A program made the position numbers and the translations under genes. 64,000 bases of DNA, from positions 2,880,001 through 2,944,000 of the forward strand of contig CP086569.2 in assembly GCA_009914755.4 (NCBI GenBank). Direction: 5' to 3'. The notes under the pieces are model-generated. The model saw nothing but the letters and a program-made list of their open reading frames with translations. It ran no database searches and had not been told where the DNA came from. Positions 27,601-37,550 of the stretch are shown here, in pieces. The DNA comes from the human T2T-CHM13v2.0 reference genome, Homo sapiens. Every line of letters starts with the position of its first letter. Position 1 is the stretch's first letter.

Positions 27601-30350
27601 TATGGGGTTGGAAGGGTAAAGGTCTCTTAAAGCTTATCTCATTACCCCGTGGCATGCACTCCTTATTTATTTATTTTACCTCAGTATTTTATGTACTTTT
27701 TTGATGTTTCAGACTTCAGGCCAGTAGAGGACATATCCCTGAGTAGAAATTGGTTGCAACTAAAGCACGTGGCTAAGTGAAATATCAGCCTTGTCAGAGG
27801 TGGCTGGAAGAGCTTTCAATGAATTGCACCGAGGTCTTATCAAGGGGAAGGGTTGGAGCCACCTTAGCTTCCCCGCCAGATCAGCAGGAAGGTCCACCTC
27901 TCAAACACACTCTTGTCCCAGTCCTATGACTATTCAGATCAGACAGGCACCCCTTTTTATCTATAGGAATGTTCATATTCCAAGTAGAGTGAAATTGTGA
28001 TTCTCTCTCATGCACGGCTGAACCTGGAGGGTGCTCTTCCTGTGGGGATGCAGTCACACCTTACGTGTTCCAGAAAGGTGGTCTGTAGTTGCACCAACAC
28101 AGAACACACCTGGGGGAAGCTCCAACTGTGACTACAGTGGTGAGCAAAAGAAGAAAGACTTCCTTTTCCTCAAGACCCTTCATGCACACCAGGGCTGTCT
28201 GTATTGGGATAGAGCTGAAGACTTTCCCTTCTGAGTTAAACACTGCAACTGTACCTCTGCTAAAAGAAGCTTTCTACCAGGGGATAGATCTGTTTCTCAA
28301 GGCCTGCCATCCAGATTCTTTTGTCCCACAGGGTTTTCCCTTATGATACACTCCCCCTTCACCTAGGACTGGGAGTTCCTAGGAGTCAGACTACTGTGAG
28401 TGTTGTCGTTCTTAGGGGTCTAGCTGCCCAGTGAAGTTGCAACACTTCAGGCTGGTACTGGAGAATGTCTGCAAGGATCCGGTGATGTGACCTGTCCTCA
28501 AGTTTCCCAACAGTAGATAGCAGCACAAGCTCTAATGGGGGTCACAGGGAAGTGATGTAGACTCTGTGAAATTCCTTGGTTATTGATAGCCTTAGTGTTT
28601 TGGCTTTCTTGAACTTCAGTTATAGTACAATGAACTGGTCACATGGACAGACTCAGGACCTCCTGGTTGGCCAAAGTGGCGCAGGCAGTGGTGATAGCTG
28701 AGATCACACAAGCATTTTGTTCTTCCTGGGTACAGTGTTATTATGCCAGGAGAAACTGTAATGGACTGTGTTCGTTGGCCTCCAGCCAGGAGGTGGTGCC
28801 TAGAAAAGAGCACTAGCTACCGTAAAAACAGTTTGATTTTTGCTTCCTTAATTGCCCAAGGAGGTATTCTGGTTTCTCAGGCAATTGGCAGGGCCATGAA
28901 GCTCTCAAAATATTCTGTATTTTGTGTTAAGCTACCAGGGTGGGTGGTGGGGCAAAGCTAGGTAGAGGTTGGGTCAACACCATTTGCACTTTGGATTTTC
29001 ATGTACAGGGCAAGCAGCAACACTTGTGGGTTTGGGGGGATGAGAGTAAGGCAGGAAAATAGGGTCTGGAGGCAGGAAACATAGGCCGACTCACACTTCA
29101 CCTATAACAGGTAATACTCTCTCCATAGGGGTATGCCTTAAATTATTTTGTAACTTTACTTCATCCTCTCCATTTACATAGGGCGAACCCAAAGTAACCA
29201 ATGGAATCCTCTAGGGAGTATTTAAACTCCCCAAAATTCTGTAAGAGGACCTTTGAGCCCCTATGCTCCAGCCTGCTCCCACACTGTGGAGTGCACCTTC
29301 ATTTTCAACAAAACCCTTCATTCTTTCCTTTCTTTGTGCATTTTGTCCAATTCTTTGTTCAAGACGCCAAGAACCTGAACACCCTCCATGGTTAACAGGA
29401 GCGGGTCTCAGGCCAGTGGGTTGATGTTTCAGAGAGGAATATTGATGCCTGTACTGCACAGAAGTTTTTGTACAGTGAATGGGGAGTAGCAGGCTGCAGT
29501 AAGCCCCACAGAGTTGCCACATACCTGGTGAGGCAGATCCACACCTGCAGTGCTCCACTGAGAGCAGTGAGCTGAGTTCCAGTCAGCCTTTAATCAGACC
29601 TCACCACTGCTAGTAGTCCTAAGTTTTCCGTGGGGAGATAGAAACCGCAGCTTTCAGGCCAGGCTGTCAGCTGAAATGCTGAGCTCCTGCCTCCTGCACT
29701 TGGTACTCCTGCACTCACAGCCTGCTTTACTCTCTCTGTCACCTTGGCCCTGGCCAAGGGAATTTATCCCCACCCAAGGTTATATCATGAAACCCTGTTA
29801 GGAGTTTCTTTCAACCTGTGACAACTACTTGAAATTTTTTGCTGTTCTCCACAGGGTCCTTTCTGAGAAACAGTAAGGAATGACTGCCCTCAGCCCACAC
29901 TGGAATCTGGGAGTGCACGCAAGGGTCTTCCCATAACTGCTCCTAATGTTGTATTCCGCAACCTTCCCCAAGTCAGTTCCTGCACTGGGTGGAACTAGGG
30001 CCTTCCCCAGTGGCCTGGACTTTCAGGGACCCTGTGGGAGTGTGTATCCTGGAGGCAAACTCTCCCCGTCTCACACCCTGGGGACTGGCAGTCCTTCATC
30101 TGACTCACATTGTAGGCTGCAGCCTCCTACTTGCTTCAAAGTGTCCATAAATTTCTTTGGTTTTCCTGTTCAGTTCCTACACTGCTTCTTGTAAAAAAAT
30201 TTACACCGTGAATTTCTACAAATTATTTTGTCCTTGCAAGTGGGAGAGGTATGCTAGCAACGCCTCTTATCTACCATTGTAAAAATAATGGGATTGTATT
30301 TTTGAAAGTAGATTTGTATCCTGTTTTTTGGCTTAATAAATATTTTAGTC
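27600..30350 (-). mobile_element. Possible long 5' UTR of the same old L1 (unverified); otherwise unclassified
   Basis: Sits immediately 5' (in element orientation) of the ORF1 remnant; no ORF or similarity recognised by eye; old L1 subfamilies have long divergent 5' UTRs. Inference only. Confidence 0.25.
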
Positions 30351-30482
30351 TGAATTCTGTCATGTTATTGACTATTATTTAAAAACCGTTTTTTAGAAGC
30401 TACATTATATTATAAAGTGTTAATGTGGCATTTTTTTTTAATTTTTCTGTTGTAAATATTATTGTAAAATACTACAATTAGA

Positions 30483-30600
30483 GGTTGGTGACATGTTCCT
30501 GTAATTTCAGCTACTGAGGAAGCTGAGGTGGGAGGATCTCTTACACCAGGAGTTTGTGACCATCCTGGACAACATAGCAAAGCCATCTTAAAACACACAA
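30483..30600 (+). mobile_element. Alu monomer-like fragment
   Basis: gaggttggtgacatgttcctgtaatttcagctactgaggaagctgaggtgggaggatctcttacaccaggagtttgtgaccatcctggacaacatagcaaagccatc. Confidence 0.65.
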
Positions 30601-30652
30601 TCAAACAAACAAACAGAAAAAAATGTTACAATTAAAAATACTTGCCCACCTT

Positions 30653-30782
30653 TGAAATATTCCCAATTAAATATTTCCAAAAGAGTAACTGGTTCAAATA
30701 TTATTAGATATTATTAGAATATTTCAAATATTCCCAATTAAATATTTCCAAAAGAATAACTGGTTCAAATATTATTAATATG
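30653..30782. repeat. Tandem duplication, 2 x ~62 bp
   Basis: gaaatattcccaattaaatatttccaaaagagtaactggttcaaatattattagatattattagaata / tttcaaatattcccaattaaatatttccaaaagaataactggttcaaatattattaatat. Confidence 0.85.
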
Positions 30783-31249
30783 TTTCTCAAATTGCTTGTC
30801 TGGTTTTATCAATTTATATTATCAGCAGATGTACCAACAAATATCTTTGATATTTTGAGCTTAATGGCTTCTAAGAAAGCAAAATTAACTTTTGCCCTAA
30901 GACTGAAAACTTTGTAGGATAAAAGAAATTTCTTCCAATATACTGAAAATCTCTCATAAATTACTGGCTCCTGTCCTTGTTAACAAGCATGGGCTATGGG
31001 AATAAGTTCTAGTAGTAGAAAATAGCAGGGGATCCCTGAAACAAATGTCTCAAAGAGCAGAAATGACTAGAGAGTTGGGTAGAACCTATTTCAAACTGTG
31101 TCATAATGAGAAAAAGTAATTATAAACTAATATCATAAACACTGAAACTTTCCCTCCCAGAAGCAAGTTTATCTCCTGTGGTAACAGTTATATGAGTAAA
31201 TCTAAAGAGCCCATATTTTGTGGCCTCCAAGCAAATTTTGGCATGAAAA

Positions 31250-31521
31250 TCACCTGGATAAGAAAAGTGTTAGTGGAAATGAATTTAGACTATTCCTCAT
31301 CAATCTTTAGTGACCTCACTGTTGAAGCAAGTGTTTTTAGAATAACATTATTTCCAACACAATCAGAATAATGAGGATTACAGAAATATAATGAGAATAA
31401 TCAGAAGTCTCACTCAAATATTTTCGACGTTGTGTAGTGATTATAGATTATGAACTCACTGGATACAATTTTATAGATGAGCATACTTTAAAACCTTTAA
31501 AAAATATGTTTTCTTCTATGA
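31250..31521 (+). mobile_element. Probable ancient L1 (ORF2 3' region), left half of the L1 split by the ERV
   Basis: By-eye alignment: ...cgttgtgtagtgattatagattatgaactcactggatacaatttt...ctttaaaaaatatgttttcttctatga resembles L1 ...cattgtggaagtcagtgtggcgattcctcagggatctagaact...actgggtatatacccaaa...ctataaagacacatgcacacgtatgtttattgcagcac; continuation of this L1 consensus is found at 40700+. Weak, divergent. Confidence 0.35.
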
Positions 31522-31539
31522 TTTTTTTTTTTTTTTTTG
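31522..31539 (-). other. Poly(A) tract (18 nt) at the 3' terminus of the ERV copy, where a 3' LTR would be expected
   Basis: atga tttttttttttttttttt gccagatgac on plus strand; no LTR-like sequence between env and this run. Confidence 0.8.
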
Positions 31540-31736
31540 CCAGATGACAGGGAGACGCAGATCTGACTCCAATTTAAATAAAAGCCCTCATATTGCATGG
31601 CGTTAGACATGAAAGATAATATTAATTTAGGCCCCCAACTCAATTGAGGCTTGATTTATGGCCATGGATTGTCAGAAGAGATTATTGCAACCTTCATCCA
31701 AAGCAGTTCATAGCTGAGATAGGTAAAGTCCCTTTT

Positions 31737-32028
31737 TTATTTTTTTTGAGACAGGGTTTCACTCTGTCACCCCAGCTGGAGTGCAATGGCACAATCATGG
31801 CTCACTGCAGCCTCAGCCTCATGGGGCTCAAGTGATCCTCCCACCTCAGCTTCCCTAACAGCTGGGACTGCAGGTGCATGCCACCATACCCAGATAATTT
31901 TTGTAATTTTTATAGAGATGGGGTTTTCCCATGGTGCCCAAGCTGGTCTCAAACTCCTGGGTTCAAGTGATCCTCTCACCTCAGCCTCCCAAAGTGCTAG
32001 GATTACAGGTGTGAGCCACCGCACCTGG
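31737..32028 (-). mobile_element. Alu SINE inserted into ERV env, 11-12-bp TSD aaagtccctttt / aaggtccctttt
   Basis: T-run then gagacagggtttcactctgtcaccccagctggagtgcaatggcacaatcatggctcactgcagcctc...ctaggattacaggtgtgagccaccgcacctggcc; near-identical direct repeats at 31725-31736 and 32029-32040. Confidence 0.95.
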
Positions 32029-33865
32029 CCAAGGTCCCTTTTATCTGCATCTGAGAGGCCAATCTTTTTATGATTCTCTATTTCCCTGAGAGAGAGACAT
32101 TGTGTAGGTCATTGCTCAGTTTCAATTAATGCCCCCATTGCAAGCTAGTAATTGCCTCCCCACTCCCCAACCAAATGGAGATTCTCTAGAGCAAAGTCCA
32201 AGGAGCTGCCCCTGGAAGTACATATAATATTTTGTCATAAGCTCCACTCTACATTCGAGTCTACCCCTTCTAGTCCTCCTCTTAGTTTCATCATAGATGG
32301 GGTACCCTAAGGCTTCTCCTTGCTTTAGAGGGATTAGAAAGAAGGATGGCCTGATTGTTCCCAGAACACAGGCCCCTGTCCATTTGGTTGGCAGCAGCCA
32401 ATATGCCCATAGTTCACAGATTCAATAAGGCCAGAGGATGCCTGCCAGGCATTTGGATTTTCAAGCTGGTACCAAGAGTGGTTTAAGGAGGGGAAACGAG
32501 AGAATTGGCCCGGGTGGGGTGATTGGGAATCATTCCCTTTTCCCCTCTATAAACTCTTTCCCAGTGTCTCATTATAATACTGTTGTCCCAGACAAGTTAA
32601 TTATCCTACTGGGTCTGTAAAGGCTTTTCCCCAGCAGGCAATGCAGAACATCCCGACAATAGAGGTTTTTAACAGCCAGATGCTCCGATCTGTGAGCATG
32701 GGTTTGGGGGAAGGAGCCACCAGAGTGAAGTTATCATGGGGCATCAAGTCCCTTGCCTCCCATGGCCATTGGTCCCCCATGTTGGTCCCCCCACAGACAT
32801 AGCATGAGGAGATGCCTAGGCTGCTGGCAATACTTTCAGCCAGTTGAACAAATAGGTTTCTGGACAAAGGGGAGGGCTCAGGCAACTCCTGGTTGATATG
32901 CTCATAAAATGACTCAAATACTAGGAATTGTTGGGCTGGACGGGTCTGAGGCTTTTTGCTAATATATAAATAGACTCCTGGGTTTGTTCCCTGACTGCAG
33001 ATCTGTAATGTCATGGGGTAACCTGTAGTCCATATAGGCAGATTTGGCTCCAGGATGGTAAAATTTAAAGGACTGCAGGTTCTTATCTTATATTATGGTT
33101 TCGCTGGCATTTGGGTAAGCCTGACTGTCCCCTGTGTTCATTCGTGACTTTCCACAGGGTCAGTGGACCATGTTGTACAGGCCTAACAGTCTATTTCTGG
33201 AGACCTGGGGGAGCAAAGAGGGGTCTTCTCTTGAGAGGTTCCTCTCCTTGGTGTCCATATATACTTGTGACAGTTACTATAGTATCTTTCCCATGACAGG
33301 CTGTCACAAGAGACTACAGGATAAGAGTTGCTGATGTATGCAGCTTGGCAGGCATCAAAATACAAGGAAACAGGCCCCTTGTAGGAGGGAGGGATCTTTT
33401 TGGTTAGGGTTAGGAAGTTCTCTTCTTTTAGCCTGACATAGACTTTAAACCAAATGGACTCATAAGGTGAGGACTTAGGGTCATAACATATATAAGGCTG
33501 GTCGTTTCCCTGGTCACAGACTGAGTAGGTCATCTGATTGTGAATACAGGTACCTTGGTGGGTCCCTGTACATTCATAGTAAGTGTGACATAACAGGGTT
33601 CTAGTTACTGTGCTCTCCGACTACGTGGTGTGAGTGCAGTGGGGGCACCTTTCTATGGGCCCATCCCCAGACACAGGTAAAGGGAGTGCCCTAATGGGGA
33701 GGAGTAGGAACAAAGTAAAGAGTAGCATCTTTATACCCAGCAGGGACAAAAGGAGTCTTTACCCGGGGGAGGAGGCTGAGCAAAGCGACAGAATAAATAG
33801 TAAAACAATTAGTATTATCAGGAAGGCTATTGGACTTAAGATTTCCAACCACATTACTTTACTCC

Positions 33866-33995
33866 AGCTTCAGCCATGCGTAGACTAGTCAGCTTCTGGG
33901 GTGACTAGAGCAGGGCTGTTGCCTCCTCAAGCTTCAGCCATGTATAGACTGGTCAGCTTCCGGACTGACCAGAGCAGGGCTGTTGTTGTCCTCAG
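33866..33995. repeat. Tandem duplication 2 x ~65 bp in the ERV pol-env junction/env leader
   Basis: cttcagccatgcgtagactagtcagcttctggggtgactagagcagggctgttgcctcctcaag / cttcagccatgtatagactggtcagcttccggactgaccagagcagggctgttgttgtcctcag. Confidence 0.85.
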
Positions 33996-34059
33996 TGGCA
34001 ACTCGCTCCTGTCGCAGGATCAGCCGGCTTGGATGGTCTGGGTTCTGCTGGCTGGTCCA

Positions 34060-35003
34060 CTAGTCCTGGATTTCTGGTTTTAACCAACTGTGATGGATCC
34101 AAGGCACAATTCCTGCAACTTTAACAATAGAGGGAGTGGACAAGATTATGGTACGGAGCCCAACCCATATGGGCCCTAGCGTGGTTGGATTCCATTTCAT
34201 GACCGAAACAGAGTCCCCAGGTTTGAAGGGGTGTACCGGGTCTCTCAGGCTTATGGGCATTCTTTCCCATACCCAGCCATGGACACCCTGCATAGCTATC
34301 CCTAAAGCCTGCATTTGCCTTCTCAAAGTCAGTTCCCCTAGTTCTCGGAGGTCACCCTTAATCTGACCTATGATGGGGGGTGGCCAGCCGAACAAGATCT
34401 CATAGGGTGAATACCCAGTTTGTTTGGTGGGGGTGCACCTGACCTGGAGGAGGACCATGGGCAGGACCTAATCCCATCTCAGATGGGTTTCTTGGCAAAA
34501 TTTCTTTAGTAGCTATTTGAGTGTCTGGTTCATGCTCTCCACTTTTCCTGAGCTCTGCGATCGATAGGCAGTGTGTAATTTCCACTTTATTTTTAACAGC
34601 CGCATTTGTTCCTGAACTATCTTGGCTACAAATCTCAGTCCATTGTCTGACCCCAAAGTCAGGGGCAATCCAAATCTGAGGATAATGTCTGTTAACAGCA
34701 CTTTAGTCACCTGTCGTGCTTTCTCTGTTCGGGTGGGGAGAGCCTTGACCCATCCCGAGAAGGTGAAAATGAGCACCAGCAGGTATTGATAGTCCCCCAC
34801 TTGGGGCAACTCAGTGAAATCCATAAGCAGGTTTTTACAGGGTGCGGCCCGTATTTCCTGAATCCTGGGGGCCTGGTGGGCGTCTGTCGTGGGTTGTTCC
34901 GGGCACAAGTTAGGTATTGTTTGCAAATGGCTTGGGTGATGGCAGTGAGCCGTGGCACATAGAAGTGGTGTCCCAGTAGTGTTTCTAGTGCCATTTTCCC
35001 CAT
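34060..35003 (-). pseudogene. pol: integrase remnant (HHCC zinc finger, DDE core, C-terminal domain) in three frames
   Basis: ORFs 34707-35003 (...LLGHHFYVPRLTAITQAICKQYLTCARNNP..., HHCC), 34513-34926 (...LMDFTELPQVGDYQYLLVLIFTFSGWVKALPTRTEKARQVTKVLLTDIILRFGLPLTLGSDNGLRFVAKIVQEQMRLLKIKWKLHTAYRSQSSGKVESMNQTLK, cf. MLV IN WQIDFTE...YLLVFIDTFSGW.EAFPTKKETAKVVTKKLL.EIFPRFG.P..LG.DNGPAF.SKV.Q..A.LLGIDWKLH.AYRPQSSGQVERMN.T.K) and 34060-34458 (...YEILFGWPPP...PFKPGDSVSV...IVKVAGIVPWIHHSWLKP, cf. MLV YEILYGAPPP...PYRVGDTVWV...ALKVDGIAAWIHAAHVK). Confidence 0.9.
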
Positions 35004-35328
35004 GTGAGTTCCTTAGTGGAATTGCCTTATGAATTTAGGGGCCAGCATTTCAGGAATGGCTAGTCTCCTATCAGAGAATTTTCACCATCCTCCCTCAATA
35101 TATTTTCCAGATTCTTGGGCAAACCAGGCCTTCTCACTTGGAGAGTAACTTGGAATCTCCCGAGGGGAGGCTTCAGGAGGAGAGGGATAACCAGGGCTTT
35201 CTTTCTAGAGTGTGCAGTAGTCGTTGCTGCCTGTCTTGCTTCCCTGTCTGTCTTTCCGTTTCTCTTGGCCTCTAGTGTTCTTGACCTCTGTTGCCTCTAC
35301 AGTGCATAATAGCTACCTTCTTCAGGGC

Positions 35329-35874
35329 CTACACAGCTTCTAAGAGCTGTAGAATTTCCTCTTTGTACTTTATTTCTTTTCCTCCAGCAGTTAAAAGTCC
35401 TCTCTCCTTATATATAGCTCCATGTACATGCAATGTGGCAAAGGCATACTTGGAGTCAGTATAAATGTTAACCCTTTTATCTTTCACTAGCAAAAGAGCT
35501 CTCGTTAGGGCTATTAGCTCTGCCTTCTGGGTCAACATTTCGGTGGGCAGGGGCTGGGCCTCCACCACTGAGTCCAATGTTACCACCACATACCCTGCCC
35601 ATTGGACCCCTTCCAATATGAAACTGCTTCGATCTGTGAAGTATTCAACATCTGGGTCTCCAAGGGGGCAATCTGTGAGATCTCCCCAACTTGAGAATAC
35701 CTCATCTACTGTTTCCACACAGTCATGAAGGGGAGCTCCCGTTTCAATCGGGAACAAGGTGGCTGGGTTAAGGGTGTTTACTGTTTCCAAAGTTATGTGG
35801 GGATTCTCGCATAGGAGCCCCTGATACCGAGTCATTCTCAGATTTGATAGCCAATGGTGCCCTCGCTGGTCCAT
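35329..35874 (-). pseudogene. pol: RNase H domain (181-aa ORF, longest in window)
   Basis: ...AELIALTRALLLVKDKRVNIYTDSKYAFATLHVHGAIYKERGLLTAGGKEIKYKEEILQLLEAV aligns with MLV RNase H [64 protein letters not shown]. Confidence 0.9.
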
Positions 35875-35879
35875 TAGAG

Positions 35880-37040
35880 TTATAACCGAGTGCGGATAGT
35901 CAATTGTTGTCCCAAAGTCAATTTGTCAGCATCTTGCGTTAGTAGGGCAGTGGCAGCTAGAGCCCTAAGACAGGGGGGCCATCCCCAAGCTACAGAGTCC
36001 AGCTGTTTGGATAAGTAGGCTACCAGGCAGTGCCAAGATCCTAGGACTTGAGTCAGGACCCCTATAGCCATTCCTTTTCGTTCATGAACATACAGTGAAA
36101 AGGCTTAGTTATATCTGGCAGTCCTAAGGCCGGGACCTGAGTTAGAGCCTCCTTGATCTGTTTAAATGCCTTTTCTTGGTCAGTTTCCCAGAGGAGGGGC
36201 TCACTTTCCACCTTTTGTGGCTTCATATAAGGGCTTAGCCATAAGTGAGAAGTTTGGGATCCAGATATGACAAATGCTATTATTTGACGCCTATTGGTTG
36301 GGGTTGGGAGTGCACAAACAGCCTGTTTTCATTCATTGCCGAGCCAGCGTTCCCCTTGACTCACTATGAAGCCTACATATTTAACCCTTTCCTGGCAAAT
36401 TGGGCTTTCTTCCTGGATACTTTATAACCAGCTTTACATACGAAGTGGAGGAGGTCTTGGGTTCGTTGGTAACAGTCCTCATGGGTTGGGGCTACTAAAA
36501 GGAGATCGTCTACATAGTTGAGCAAGGCACAGTTATTATTTGCGGGGTGTAGACCTTGAGTTCTGGGGCCACCGCTTCCCCAAAAATTGTGGGAGACTTT
36601 TTGAATCCTTGTGGGAGCCTAGTCCAGGTGAGCTGCTCCCCTGTACCCGTGACTGAATCATCTCATTGAAATGCAAAGATGGGCTGACTACTTGGTGCTA
36701 CGCAAGGAAACAAAAAGGCATCTTTTAAGTCCAGGCAAGTAAACCAAGCAGCATTTGCAGGAATGAGTCCCATTAAAGTATACAGGTTTGGTACTACTGG
36801 GTGGATGGTCACTGTAGCCTGGTTTACAGCATGCAAGTTCTGCACCAGTCTGTATTCATTAGTCCCTGGTTTCCGCACTGGCAAAAGCAGAGTGTTCCAT
36901 GGTGACCAGCATTGGGCCAAGACCCTGTGTTCCAATAGCCGCTTCAAATGCCCTTGAATGCCCTGTACGGCTTCTTGGGAAAGTGGGTATTGACAAACCC
37001 GAACCGGAATTTCCCCCGGTTTTAGTTCTACTGTCACTGG
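35880..37040 (-). pseudogene. pol: reverse transcriptase (fingers/palm fragment and connection domain), frameshifted
   Basis: ORF 36663-37037 ...IPVRVCQYPLSQEAVQGIQGHLKRLLEHRVLAQCWSPWNTLLLPVRKPGTNEYRLVQNLHAVNQATVTIHPVVPNLYTLMGLIPANAAWFTCLDLKDAFL... (cf. MLV [99 protein letters not shown]); ORF 35880-36071 ...[56 protein letters not shown] (cf. MLV [56 protein letters not shown]). Confidence 0.9.
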
Positions 37041-37099
37041 TGCCTGGTTCCAGCCAGTCCAGGGGGCTTATCTTCAGCCCACTCCAGGAATTTTACTAG

Positions 37100-37550
37100 G
37101 CAACCCATACAGCTCATGTAGCTCTGGCTTTAGCAATCCTTTTGCGCACAGTCTCCATTCCTCTGCCTGTGGGACGGTAAGGGTTAACACCATTGCTTCT
37201 GGGTGGGGCAGGCTTAAAGTCATATTCCCCTGCTGCCTGAAAGCAATCTGGGCTTGCAGTTTTCGAGTAAGCCTCTTCCTATCAGGGGAACTGGGCAATT
37301 CGGGAGGTATAGGAATTCATGCTGGACCTCTAGTCCCCTTATGACACATCTCTGGGGCCAGAAGAATGACCTTTTCTCTGGGACCCCTGTAGCCCCAACG
37401 ATAGTCATAATTTTTGGATAGTGGCCCCACAGGCCGTGTCACTGCCGAGTGTTCAGCCCCAGTGGCTACCATAAAGTCCATCAGTTGGCCCCCTACTGCC
37501 ACCATGACCATGGGCTCCTGGCAGCCTACGGAGATGGAGCCCAGTCTTGC
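37100..37550 (-). pseudogene. pro: aspartic protease remnant, catalytic D replaced (ATGA instead of DTGA)
   Basis: ORF 37317-37511 ...LMDFMVATGAEHSAVTRPVGPLS... vs MLV ...[22 protein letters not shown]; ORF 37220-37408 ...EFLYLPNCPVPLIGRGLLENCKPRL... vs MLV [25 protein letters not shown]. Confidence 0.85.

Larger units (their letters stand above)
31540..34080 (-). pseudogene. env remnant (SU with possible CxxC motif; degenerate TM), interrupted by Alu at 31737-32028
   Basis: Minus ORFs 33183-33533 and 32601-33014 (Cys-rich, N-glycosylation-type motifs, ...SSCYVCGG..., ...MFCIACWGK... resembling the SU CWLC region); further downstream translation gives ...[13 protein letters not shown]..., a possible remnant of the TM CX6CC motif. 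Multiple stops and frameshifts. Confidence 0.6.

Noticed and set aside
31522-31539. T18 run read as the poly(T) head of a minus-strand Alu
   Set aside because: The sequence that follows (gccagatgacagggagacgcagatctgactcc...) has no Alu similarity. The run is better explained as the terminal poly(A) of the minus-strand ERV copy; see the first finding.
35465-35728. 87-aa plus-strand ORF and other plus-strand ORFs across 33600-39100 (e.g. 38712-39104, 130 aa)
   Set aside because: They are antisense to clearly identifiable minus-strand gag/pol/env homology. They have no similarity to any protein family and are interrupted in orthologous frames.
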